The notes under the pieces were generated by a model. It was given only the letters and a program-made list of their open reading frames with translations, ran no database searches and was not told the origin of the DNA. A stretch of DNA of 64,000 nucleotides from contig NC_082731.1 in assembly GCF_030144855.1 (NCBI RefSeq), forward strand, positions 20,522,001 through 20,586,000, read 5' to 3'. This DNA is from Hypanus sabinus. Its lineage: Eukaryota. Within the stretch, counting starts at the first letter, position 1. Each line of letters opens with the position of its first letter. Below are positions 1-12,964 of this stretch, piece by piece. The position numbers were made by a program, and so were the translations under genes.

Positions 1-2718
1 CTGCTGATTGCTGGGAGAAGGTTTGGGGAGTCAGGGTGATTACAAAGCATTGGAAGTTGCATCACCTAGCCTTTCCTATGGATGACTGTGAACAAGCCAT
101 AGCCCTACCAAACTAGTTGAAGTCTGAGACCTTGTTATATGTTATCTGACTGCCCAATTGTCTTGGGGTGCCCTAACTTTTGCATGGTTCTCCTTTCCTT
201 TCTTTCCACTCGAAAATTGTACAAAACAAAAAAACAATACGTTAATATTGCTCAAAATGTTGAAAAGAATGTTTCACCTTTATGGGTTTCTGGAGTTTAG
301 TTCACTTAAATATTTCAGTAACAGAAACTTTGACCAGTGATGCTCAAACATTAGAATGCCTCTGTATATTCTATACATTTCTCTGACATTAAATGTACCT
401 ATTTAACCTAACGAACCTATTGTACCCTCAGAGTTCAGGAAAGGTAGTAAACATAAACCAAGGAATCCCTTTGCCAAATTTACAACTTATAGGGAAAGAC
501 AAGGGTTGATATGTTACTATTCATCCTGATGAGATTGCGAACAATCCAATCCGCACGCTGGTTTTCATCCTATATGAGCTATTGACAGGGTGAATAATCA
601 GATTCCCTCATGGGATAATTCCGGATTGCGGTGAGCCTGGGGTGTACAGGGATAGCTTGACAAAGTATGTGAACGACCTTTGCATGCAACTTAAAATATT
701 GTATGTTCGAGCCAAACAACAGCAGCACATTGATGATTAAGAGATCCATTGAGAAAGGAGTTAGTCCTCCCAAAACCGTATGACTAAGTTCTGGTGAGGG
801 TGTTGCTTGAAAGTGTATGCTCCCAGTTGAATCGGACCACAGAGGGTACTTTCAAAAAGAGTTCATGTGGAGACTTCACGAGTCAACCATTAAAAACAAT
901 GGATTCAGGTTATACAGTGAGACTAACTTTCGTGTTGCCACCACAGACAAAGCTGGGGAAGGAGTGCAGCTAGTAATCATGTAATTATAGAGAATCCAAC
1001 AGATTGACACCTGCCAGCCAAGCCAGAACTGACCACAATTGATGGAAACTGATCCACGGGAAACGGCAAGGTACAGAGTACTGGGATTGGCAGAAACCAG
1101 TATATAACATGCAAAAAGAGTGGTGATAAAAGTACTCTATTCTGACCGCTGCTTACTAAAGATATATGATTGCTTGAAGAGCAGAAAATAGAAAATAATT
1201 TGCAGAAAATGGATCGGAAGGGATTTAGTTCAAATCAGACATATCCGGAGCATGGTAGAATGAGGAAGATTGCAAACGGAATCTGAAGGCAGTTACGCTC
1301 AGACTGAATGGGGAATAGAAGTGGGCTGGCCCCTTTCAGCAGTTGCAGCCAGCGATGGACTCGATAGTTCAACAGGAGGGAAACCAGGCAGAGGTCGCTG
1401 CCGTAATTGAAATGAAAACCACACCAACCCCTTATTGTACATCGATGAGAGGGCCTATGAGCCTGATGAATTTACTTTCCTGCTGCCGCTTGATGGAGAC
1501 ATTATTAGCTGCCAGAGAATGGAGGGATGTAGACAAGGAATTGACTAAGCTTCAGTCGGTCAGCAAAGAAAGAGCCAACAGCCATACGCATGAAGCTGCA
1601 TTTCTAAAGACTGTTGTTTACATTTCTGGACAAACTCTCTGAATAGCATTTTGAAGGTAGCAATTAGGTATGATAGGGTAGATGTACACGCGCCTAGAAG
1701 AATGACGGGAAATTGCGACGGAGGACATTTTTGCTGCATCTCCTAAGGGACTCCACTACCTGCTTCCTCCCTTCCGCTTTCCGCCGGGATTGCTCTTTCC
1801 GCAATTCCTTTTCATTCATTCTCACCACTCAACTTCAAACAGGCACTTACTCTTGTAAGCGGCTTGATAGCTAAACCTGCCTTACTACCCTGGGAGCCGA
1901 ATACGTTTTGGCTATTCTGTGCCTCATTGGCCTGTCCTCCGTTTGCCAGAGGGAAGATATGTGGATGAAAAGCGTCTGACCTGCGGCAGAGGAGAGAGTA
2001 ACGTCTAAGGGAAAGTGTGAGGAACTAATATGGTGCGAAAATGGAGGCAGAAAGAGGGTGATTCGGGAACGATAGACTGTGAAAGTGAATAAATGAGGCA
2101 GAAATATGAGCAATTAAATTGTGTGTGTGTGTGTGAGAGAGAGGGAGAGATAAATGGTGATGGATAGAGCAGTAAGTAGAGCGAGAGGCAGGGGAAGAGA
2201 GAGAAACAGGGAAGCGGAGAATTAGTGAAAGAAGAATGTAAGAAGCCTATAAGGTCCAGCCACGGTGGCATAGTGTTTATCGCGAAGCTGTTTACAGTTC
2301 TGGGCTTTGGATGTACAGATATGTATGTTACTGATTTTTTTTAACTTTGAGCTGTAAATTGGTTAGGTTCTTGATCTCTCGAGGTGCAGCTCGGTGGCCG
2401 TTTGGAGTATTCCGTGATCCACTACTCAGGAAATAAATAAAACAGCCGTTGATAATGTGGGACAAACAAAGCATTGGAGAGAGAGGAAGACGGGGTAAGC
2501 GAGAGAAAGGGACAGGAAAAGACGGAGAAAGAGGGAAGGACTGATATATCGGCGGGGGGAGGTTGCATGAGAAAACAATTGAGTAGATTGAAAATAAAGA
2601 GGAAAAGACAAAGTGTAAGGCAGGAACGAGATCGAGGAAAGCAACGCTCGTGAAACAGAAGGAGCAATCGGTGCAGGGGCACGAGAGGGAATGAAAAATG
2701 GAAAGTTAAAGATGAATA

Positions 2719-2899
2719 NNNNNNNNNNNNNNNNNNNNNNNNNNNNNNNNNNNNNNNNNNNNNNNNNNNNNNNNNNNNNNNNNNNNNNNNNNNNNNNNNN
2801 NNNNNNNNNNNNNNNNNNNNNNNNNNNNNNNNNNNNNNNNNNNNNNNNNNNNNNNNNNNNNNNNNNNNNNNNNNNNNNNNNNNNNNNNNNNNNNNNNNN
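2719..2899. other. N-run (gap or mask)
   Basis: Other N-runs are at 11592-11817, 26434-26611, 31177-31325, 42506-42705, 47294-47425, 50194-50383 and 60596-60730. Confidence 0.95.
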
Positions 2900-3524
2900 A
2901 GACTCAAAGATGCTAAATAAGACTCAATATTCACCACACCAATTCATCAACTGAATTTACATGCAGTGTGGAATATGGAAGAAGTCCAAGCATTGAAAAG
3001 AGAAATGGAGAATAAATGCTGGAGCTTCAGCGAAAGATATTGAGAACATGTCAGAAAGAATGAGAGATAGATAGAGAGCGAGATGGTGCGTGTGAGAGTG
3101 AGAGAGTTTCAGTGGAACGGGAAGAACGAATAGGGGGAAGACTATGGAATGAATATAGAGCTGAGAAAAATAGAGGTTTATCGATTAGGCTCTGTAGTTC
3201 AACGTTAAGGACATGTTCAGCATAGCTTTGGGGGCTGAAGGGCCTGCATTGTGCTATAGGTTTTCTATGTTTCCAGTGAGTGAGATTCAAAGTAAGGGAC
3301 AGGAGGAAAAAGATTGCGAGTAAGTAATACGAGGTAGAAATAGGTACAAAGGCAAGCAGAAGCAGCAAAACGAACTGAAGCAAAATGTGATTGGTGCCCG
3401 GACCGGATTCATTCGGCGCTCACAGCCAATCAACGCAACGGCAGGGCTGCGCACCCACAAGCTGAAATATGCCGCAGTTCTGATTTTACCTTTTCGTTAT
3501 CGGTTAACGATATTAAGTTACTCG

Positions 3525-3942
3525 CTGATTATACTGGCTATGATGCCCGGTGAGTCTTCGCGTTAACGGTCCGTATCTGTTCCTTATGTCTGGCGAAATC
3601 TGTTCATCGATCTGTTCATGCATTCTGACATTTTATTTCAGGAGCAATTGGGAAAGATTCCGTGACGCACTGACCGACTGATATAATGAATACGGCAGAA
3701 CAAAATGTAACACTGAACTGTAATTACACTGGCGATGCTGACTATATTCTTTGGGGCGTTCAGCATCGAGTGGAACCTCCAAAACACTTGCTGCATTTGT
3801 ATAGCACCGGAAAGATTTACCGGCCTGCAGAATGCCCGGCGAGGTTTACTGGTGGTTTCGAGAGTGGCAACGAGGCTGCACATTTGAATACCTCTGGTGC
3901 GTTTGTAACGGACTCCGCCGTGTATCATTGTGCCATCTGTCC
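3525..3942 (+). pseudogene. TCR alpha/delta-like V pseudogene (V1, subfamily A)
   Basis: The leader remnant (ctgattatactggctatgatgcccG|gtgagt) has lost its ATG. The V exon starts at 3642 (GAIGKDSVTH*PTDIMNTAEQNVTLNCNY...LWGVQ...ECPARF...DSAVYHCAIC) and has an in-frame TGA at 3671-3673. Confidence 0.9.
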
Positions 3943-3981
3943 CACAGTGTTGTAAGGCGACGACAGCTCCGGAAAAAATCC
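3943..3981 (+). other. 23-bp-spacer RSS of V1
   Basis: CACAGTG at 3943-3949, a 23-nt spacer, and AAAAAATCC at 3973-3981. Confidence 0.9.
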
Positions 3982-4184
3982 GTCCGTGAAGCACTGAGCG
4001 GTCGCTAGAGGGGACCCTTTTCCAGGAAAAAGACAGGAGCGCAGAAACAGTTCTCCACGGTCACGTGATCGACTTAAGAATGAGAATATTATTTACAGAA
4101 GTTATGCAGATTTGAGGAAATCTCGGTCAAGGGAATGTGTACCAATTCGCACAAATTGAAAAGATTTTGAATATTTCCCAAACA

Positions 4185-5720
4185 TATGCGACATGTTGGT
4201 TGACAAAGGGGAAATCGTATCGATAGCTGATCTGGATTTGCCTGCAAATGGACAGGAAGTTTCGATTACGGGTGCAGGAGAAATAACAGTGAAAGTAGAA
4301 AGACGCGAATTGCAGACTCTCGAAATAGGCGATCGCCACTTTCAATGTATTTCTGGATATGTCCAAACAATTTCTGTACTAATCCCGGAATAGACACTGA
4401 ACGGGAAGGAAGAATCATTGTAGATCTAGTAGAGAGTGAAATTATATGCACAAGCCAAGGGCAGCGAACATGTACAACCAAATTTGTTCACAGCGAAGTC
4501 AGCGTAATCGCACTGACAGCTGTACAGAAGTCAGTAACGGTAGTTAGGGAGACTGGAATTAATCTCGCGAGTGCACTTCTCACAGAGAGGGAGGCACACG
4601 GATGTCAAATAGGAATAGAATAGGAAAAAATATGGGTGCAAATGAAACACCTTTATAGGGAAAGCAAGTCATTGTTTGTGGATGGGTCTCGGAGGTAGAT
4701 AAACTAGAACACACGGTCTGGTTGCACTTTGGTGAAGGACGCAGGTGAAGAATGAGCTTCAGCAGGAAAGCCAGTGGATTGCTGAGCTCATGTGGCGGAC
4801 CTGTTGCTCGAGACAGAAGCAATGCGCTACAGTAAAGCCAGACAAGGAAATATATATCCAGACATTCTGTATCCCTTCTGGGCGGTTATCGGATGGCGTG
4901 AGGACGATGAGAATTTGTAAACACAACAGGTGTTTCTGGGCACACAATAAAATAACTGCTGGAAGTACTGTCAGCCAGCTCAAGTGACAGTAACTAAAGT
5001 TGAATCTCAGCAGTAAGACAAGAGTAAGGAGCAAAAAGTAATTACACGAAATTGCAAATGTGCAGGAAGAAACGTCGGAAGCTAGTTGAATTCAAACCGT
5101 CAGCTCCGAGGGGACCCTTGGATAACATTCAAAAATGAGGGGGGAAAGCTTAAGTGTCGTCAATATGAAGAATAGAAAACCTACAGATGCTGGAAACGAA
5201 GAAATACGCACAACGTGCTATAGGAATTGACCTGGCCAGGTATAATCTCTGTAGTGATTAACTGTAATCTGCTTGGCCTCCTGTGTTCCTCCGGAATTTT
5301 GTGTGCAGTGTCTTGTAATTATGGATCACTTCAGCCGGCGGGTGGATGCGTTCCCAACCAGAGTCTGTAATGCCGGCAGCGCAGCACGGAGCATTGTCAG
5401 GTAATACTGCCAAGGTGAAGAACTCTTACAGATGGACTATGATCAGGAAACACATTTCACAGGGAAAGTGACGAATTAAATGTGCCGACTGCGAGGGATT
5501 CGACAACAGTTCCACATCCCTTACGACGAAGATGCTGCCTGTAGGATTAGTGTGCCTTCAGGGTCCTGGTCCTTGTGGAGGACCTTGTCTGATATGAGGT
5601 CGGTGCTGCCGTCTGATGTGTTGTGGGAGTACACGGAAGATCGAAAGCAGCAAGCATTAGGGTACCGAGTTCGTTGGGGCACAGAGCTCGGATAAAGCGA
5701 AACCACAGACTTTGAACAAC
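4185..5720 (+). mobile_element. Degenerate endogenous retrovirus pol remnants (protease and integrase core)
   Basis: A protease-like stretch reads MLVDKGE..LDLPANGQEVSITGAG..; the paralog at 20790 reads MLIETGA...CFWIC..GIILG. An integrase-like stretch at about 5295-5520 reads VIMDHFSRRVDAFPT...QMDYDQETHFTGKV..MCRLRGIRQQFHIPY. Many stops and frameshifts. Confidence 0.65.
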
Positions 5721-7399
5721 AAATAATCGAGATGTTTGTTATGTCTTTCTTCTGGCTGTGAAACGGGAGCACCTCTTTTCCACTTATTAAGGAGAAAGAG
5801 AGGCTGTGATATTTGGAATATTGGTGAACGATTTGCCTTTGATGTACTGCATATATCTGTCTTTCCCGATGCTTTGCTGCAGGCTTGAGTGCTCTTGCCG
5901 GGTGTCGATGCTTTTTACTGGTGGAGGAGGTGAGCTCGTTACATTGATGCTGTTTATGCGTGGCAATGGGGTGTTGGGGAGGCGGATTTGCGTTTCTAAT
6001 CTCTGTTATTCATTTTTGGGGGAACCCGTCTGATTTCCTGGTTGTTCTTAGAAGAAATATTATTGCAGCGTGTATTTTCTATACATTTCTCTGACAATAT
6101 ATGTACCTATTTAACCCATTGAACACTCAGTGGTCAGGAAAGGTAGAAAACATTAACCAAAGAATACCTTTGCCAAAACGACAACTGATGGGGAAAGACA
6201 TGGGTTGATGTATTACCATTCATTCTGATGAGAGTGCGAGCAATCCAAGCAGCACGTTGGTTTTCAGCCTCTGTTAGTTGTGAAAAACCGCTGTAGCGTG
6301 AAAAATTAGATTCCCTTATGGGTTAATTACGTGTTGCGGTGAGCCTGGGTTGTAGAAGGATAGCCTGACACTGTATATGAAAGAGCTTTGTATGTGACTT
6401 ATCGTATTGAAGGATCGAGCAAAACAACAACAGCACATTGATGATCAGAGAGACCAAGTGGGAAAGGAGATTTTCCTCCCAAATCCGCGTGACCAATTCA
6501 TGGTGAGGGTGTTGCTTGAAAGTGTATGCTCCCAGATGGATCAGACCAGAGATGGCACTTTTAAAATTTGACACATGTTTTTGTGAAGACTTTACGGGTC
6601 ACGCAGTGGAAACAATGGATTCAGATTATACTGTAAGACTTACCTGTTTGTCAACATAGACAATGCAGGAGAAGGAGTGCATGTAGTAATCGTGTAATTA
6701 TTGAGAATCCAAGAAATGGACACAAGCCAGCCACAACAGAACTGACCACAATGGACGGAACTGATCCACAGCAAACGCGAAGATAGAGGGCACCGAGATG
6801 GTGCGAGAAACCTGTGAATCATATGCTAAAGAGTGACGGTGAAGGTACTCTATTCTGACCGCTGATTACTGAAGGTATGTGATTAGTTTAACAGAAGGAA
6901 ATAGAAAATATATTGCAGAAAATGGCTCGGAAGAGATTTAAGTTGAAGCAGACATATCCATAAATTCGATAGTATGGTAGAAATAGGAAGATTGCAGATG
7001 GAATCTGAAGGCAGTTACGCTCAGCCTGAATGGGGAACAGAAGTGGGCTGGGCCATTTGAGCAGTTGCGGTCAGCGATCGACTCGATAGTTCAACAGGAG
7101 TGAAACCAGGGAGAGGTCGTTACAATAATTGAAGTGGAGACCACCCCAACCCCTTATTGTACATCGATGAGAGGGCCTGTGAGCCTGATGAACTTACTTT
7201 CCGGCTGCCGCTAGATAGAGAGATTATTAGCTGTCAGAGGATGGAGGGATGGAGGAATTGACTAAGCTTCAATCGGTCAGCAAAGAAAGAGCCAACAGGC
7301 GTACGCATGAAGCTGCATTTCCAATTTTTTTGTAAAATAATTTTTATTAAGTTCAGCAAACAAAATTTCCAGAAAATATCTTTCAGACATTGTACATAT

Positions 7400-10300
7400 A
7401 TATCATATAATCATATATATCTCAAAATATCCACAAAGTATTTATCTGGGATATACATTTATAGAAAAGAGTGGAAAGAGAAAAACAAGCAAAAGGAAAG
7501 AACTATGAACAAGTAGGGAGTGATCTTTTGTTTTATAACGGATTCATTGATTTGTGGGAATAAAATCAGGCCTATGAAGCATTGTGTAGGTAGACCATTT
7601 TTCCCAGTATGAATCACATTATTCCAGTTTATGATTAACAGATGAAGTTATCTTCTCCATTTTGTAAATGTCCATTGGAATTTCCATCCATGCATTTAAA
7701 TTTTGGCTGTCCTGTGACAACCATTTCCTAGTAAGAGTTATTTTACCAGCCACCAACAGTATAGTTATTAGATATTAATCTCTTTTCAACAATTCTTGAG
7801 GTTTATATCCAAAATATATGGTCTTTCCAAGGGTATTTCACATTTAAAGATACCTTGTAGGGCATTGTGTATCCCTCACCAATAGTCTTTGATAATAGGT
7901 TAGTCCCAAAAAATATGATAATGATTTGCATTTTGATTTCCACAATTTCTCCAGCAAACAGGGAGGTTACAATCATAATGGAATTTCTGAGAGGGTGTAA
8001 TAAAATATGTTATCAATTTTTTCCATCCAAACTCACTCCATTTCTGTGAACTGTTACACTTCCATTGATATCACCATATTGTTGTCCATTCTTCCTCAGA
8101 TATAATTCCCCTTCCTTCTCCCATTTTGTTTTAATGTATGAAGTTGAATGTGTTTTAATATTTGACAAGCCCTTATACTGGCTTGAAATGATTATACTAT
8201 CATTATCTGAATTGTATGCTTTTCTAAAGAGCTCTATCAAGCACGTATTTGCCTTGCTTACATTTTTAAGCGTCTTATTAACATATTGTCGCATCTGTAA
8301 ATACCGATAAAATCTTGTTTTTCTAATGTGTTTCTCTTTAAGCATTTCAAAACTGAACAGTGTTCCTTCTTTCATTATGTTGTAAAGAACTGTTACTCCT
8401 TTAGCTGTCCAGTCCTTAAATCTAGCATCCAATTTATTTGGTGTAAAATCAGAGTCATATGCACACCATCTAAGAATTGCAATAACTCCCTCTAGATTAT
8501 ATTATTTTATAGTGGTTTTCCATATTTTAAGAGTCAATTTCATCCATGGGTTATCAATAGTATTTACATACCTTTGCAGGTTGTTATCAGCCAAAATTGC
8601 TTGTATCGGGATGGGAAGTACCTGCTCCTCAATGTTTTTCCATTTAGCGTCATATGATGGGTTGCACCAACATATCACAGCTCTCAACTGTACTGCAAAA
8701 TAATAATCTGTAAAAGAAGGTAAGCCCCATCCACCCTTTTCCTTTGCTAATTCCAAAGTTCTGGGACTAACTCTAGGACTTTTACCTTGCCGAATATAGC
8801 TTGATAGCACCTTGTTCCATTCATTGAATTGATTTTGATTAATCTCTATTGGTAGGGTCTGAAAGAGATATAACAGTCTGGGCAGTATATTCATTTTAAT
8901 AGACTCAATCCTAGAAAGTGAGATTGAAAAAAAAGGAATCAGGCTCCATCTTGCCACATCTTCCTTATTGTTTTTTAATGTAGAGGCTGATAATTACATT
9001 CCGATAATTTTGCCAAATCTTTTGGCACGATAATGCCCAAATATTTGAAAGACTCTGTGTGCCATGCCCAGTGGTATCGACTTTCAATTTCTCTTGGTGG
9101 GCTACAGTAATATGAAAGTAATTGGGTTTTATCTATGCTGATCTTGTATCCTTATAATTGACCATATTGTTTAAAGGATTGCATCAGTTTAGGTAAAGAG
9201 TATGATGGTTGCCCGAGACAGATCAAAATGTCATCCGCATAACAAGCCAATTTATGCTCTGTCCCTTTAATAGTAATTCCCCTGATAACTTAATTTTGTC
9301 TGATGTATTGGCCAATGGTTCCAGATCTAGTACGAAGAGTAGTGGTGACCACGCACAACCCTGTCTCGTGCCCCTTTCTGGGGTATGACTATTTGATAAA
9401 TATCCATTGATTATAATCCCAGCAGTAGGATTGTCATATAGGGTCTGTATAGTTTTAATAATTGTGTCTTAGAAACCAAATCTATGCAAAACTCTGTAAA
9501 GAAAATTCGAATTAACCGAATTAAATGTTTTTTTCAGCGTCACCGCTTATCACTATTGCTTCTATTTTTTTTTTATATGATCCATAATGTGAAGTGTCCT
9601 TCGTATATTGTCCTGAGTCTGGTGTTGTCGTAGAAAACCTGTCTGATCATTACGTATCAGTATGGGTAGAAACTCCTCTAATCGTTTGGCCATGATGGCG
9701 GTAAATAACCTATAATCTACGGTAAGAACGGATATTTGTCTAAATGACCAGCATTCCATTTTATCCTTGCCTTCTTTCGGTATAGCTGAGATTATCACTT
9801 CCTTCCAACTGGGTGGCATTTGTGCCTTTTTTAGAGCTCAATTCGGTTTGTGGAGTAAAATCAGGAATTAACTCATTTTTATATTCTTTGTACCACTCTG
9901 CCGTATATGCATCTGATCCTGGTGACTTGCTTAATTTAAGCCTAATAATTGCAGCTTTTAATTCAACTTCAGTTATGTCAGCAGTCTTCGTTCTATTTTG
10001 TTCTTCGCTTAAAGTGAGTAACTCGAGAGATTTCAAGAAAGTGTCAATTTGGGTAATTCTTCCCCCTGGAACTTTGGAATATAGCGTTTTGTAAAACATT
10101 TCAAAAGCTTGAATTTCAATTAGCTTATTTTCATCATTTTCGTTCTTCGGTCTCTAATTCTATGAATTGTAATTTCTGCTATCTTTTTTTTTCAGTTTCC
10201 ACGCCAGTATCTTTATAGATTACGATCCACTTTCATAATGTCTCTGTTTCAGAAACATTAAGTTTTTCCAGATTTCTTCAGTAGCCAAATTATTTATTTA

Positions 10301-11322
10301 ATTCCTAATTCTTTTAATTTCCCGTAATGTATCCTGTACCAAATTCAATTTGTGTTTTTTCTCTACTTCCTGAAGCCTATTTTGTAATTACTCTAATGTT
10401 TAATTTCTTATTTATTTCTTATATGAAGATATCGCAATAATTTTCCCTCTTAAGACCGCCTTCAGAGTATCCCATAAAATGGGTGGTGAAGCCTCCCCAT
10501 TATCATTAAATTCTAAGTAGAGACCAATTTCTTTTTCATTTTGTTCCTTAAAATACTGATCATTGAGTAGAATTGAATTTAGTTTCCATAGAGTATTCAT
10601 TGGTTGTAGGTCAAAATCAACAGATAAATATATAATTGCATGGTCACTTACATCTATTGTCACAATTCCACAGGTGTTTATTTTCTCTTTGTCTTTTCCA
10701 AATGTTATTCTTGTATATACAGAATGTGGAGCAGAATAATGAGCGTAATCCCTTCTCTCGGGGAAAAAGTCCCTCCATATATCAATTAAAACTACATCCT
10801 CAGAAAGTGTATTAACTTTCAGATGTAAAGATTTTGTTTCATGGGTTTTTCTATTGGAAGAGTCTAAGTTTGGTTGTAATTGTAAATTTACGTCTCCCCC
10901 ACATATCAGGAGAGATTCTTATTCCGTTACCACAATATCAGTAATTTTCTGAAAGAAACCAATATCACTTCCCGGGGGTGCGTATTTATTCAGTAGTGTA
11001 ACTGAATTGCCGTCTATATTGCCCCTTACCAGAATAGTTCTGCCATTATCTCCCATTTCGAATATTTTTTTCAAAATTTAGCGTACTTGAGATAAGAATA
11101 GTAACTCCTGTCTTATGTCCTGATTTATTTGAGGAGAAAAACAGATTAGTGAAGCCAGTTCTCATTAGGTTTTTTTATGCACATTATCACTTAAATTAGT
11201 TTCCTGTAAATATACTACATGGGCTTGTTCTTTTTCATTTTGGATTAGATTCTGTTACACTTGATTGGATTTAATAGCCCATTTACATTAAAAGAAATGA
11301 ATTTTACCTTGTCCTTAGCCAT
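7400..11322 (-). pseudogene. L1 ORF2p (APE endonuclease and reverse transcriptase), multiple stops and frameshifts
   Basis: It starts MAKDKVKFISFNVNGLLNPIK at 11322. Fragments include SDHAII, KLSKSPGSDAY and IKMNILPRLLYLFQTLP. The 3' end is approximate. Confidence 0.8.
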
Positions 11323-11902
11323 CTGTATTTATCTGTCAATGTATCATTGGAATTAAAATACAACTTAATTGATCTACTCCCTGAACAATTAAGAACCACA
11401 AACTCAAAAATAACAAAAATGGCAACGAACGTGTGCTTCCAAGGCTGAGGTCTCTAATAAATGACCCTGCGTTGAGATAAGAGGAAATGTCCAGCTGTGG
11501 CGGATAACCCATCCTATTTGTGAGTTGAGGGCCCCCATTGCAATATTCATAAAAGTGAGTGAACAAGTCCTTTATACAGAAAATATCTCCCNNNNNNNNN
11601 NNNNNNNNNNNNNNNNNNNNNNNNNNNNNNNNNNNNNNNNNNNNNNNNNNNNNNNNNNNNNNNNNNNNNNNNNNNNNNNNNNNNNNNNNNNNNNNNNNNN
11701 NNNNNNNNNNNNNNNNNNNNNNNNNNNNNNNNNNNNNNNNNNNNNNNNNNNNNNNNNNNNNNNNNNNNNNNNNNNNNNNNNNNNNNNNNNNNNNNNNNNN
11801 NNNNNNNNNNNNNNNNNAAAAAGGAGTATGTGAGCGATTAAAGAATAACAACTAAGTAATATAAAATCCACAATATAATAAGTATTTCTCGAGATAGGTA
11901 TA

Positions 11903-12964
11903 TCACCGTGTACTTTTGCTTCTGTTTAGCTCCTCAACATTTTTAAAGTTAGCCAAACCTTATGGCTGTTCTGAAGGGGGTGAGGACTGTATTTGGGAAA
12001 CTCCCGGTGTCTTCCTGATATGTTTATCTCGGCTTCCTCCCGTCTCCTGCCTTCTCGTTTCTCGCACTATTTCCCAAACTGAGCGAGACAATTCCTCAGC
12101 CAGGCTTTCTTTCGTTTTGGTCACGCTGACGGGCAACCCTCTGGTCTTCATGTCTGGAGTCGCCTCTTCCACTGTCTGGTACAACTGCGTCCCGTTGTCA
12201 TAAAACACTCGAAGTTTAGCAGGGTACGAGGGTTAAAAGGTAATCTTATTTTGCTTTAATACTCGCTTTACTTCGGGGTATTCTTTGCGTTTCTTGAGGA
12301 CCGCGGGGGGTGGTAATCTTGTTCGAAATATATTTTATTTATCCTCTAAAAAACATTCTCTTCTTACCCCAGGCCTTTCATAGAATCTCCGCCTTGGTGC
12401 TGTAACGAAGGAATTTCACTATAATTGAGCGTGGCTTTCTATCCTGGGTAGGTTTTGGGACTAACGCGCGGTGGGCTCTTTCGACTTCTAGCTTCATAGC
12501 CGGGGGAAGCTCCAGCGTGTCCCGCGGTAACTTCCCGACTAATTCCGTCATAGACAGGCCCTCCGTACCTTCGGGAACGTTGCAGATTCTCATATTTTTC
12601 CGCCGTGATCTTCCCTGCAGATCAAGCAGTTTATCTTCTTGGTGATGTATGGTTTTTATTGTCTTGATCAGTATCCGTTCCACGTTTTGAACGCAATCTA
12701 CCACCTTCCCAATGCGAGTCTCTGCCAACGCCATTTTTTGATTAACGCTGGCGAGCTCTGCCTTAATATCACACAGATGCTGTTTTATATCTTTCTGGAC
12801 CTCCATTATTTCTTTCAGGATTTCCAAGACATTCGCCGCTTCGACTGAACGAGGCCCAGCAGCCGCCTCACCAGCACGTGGTCGGGTCGGAGAGCCGCTC
12901 GATGCACTCCTCTTGGATGCAGGCTCCGCAGTGTCGCTTTTTTATTTCCATTTCTTCTCCTCAT
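11903..12964 (-). pseudogene. L1 ORF1p, frameshifted
   Basis: ORF-track pieces 12378-12827 and 11960-12208 show a coiled coil plus RRM-like L1 ORF1 motifs. The boundaries were read by eye. Confidence 0.75.
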
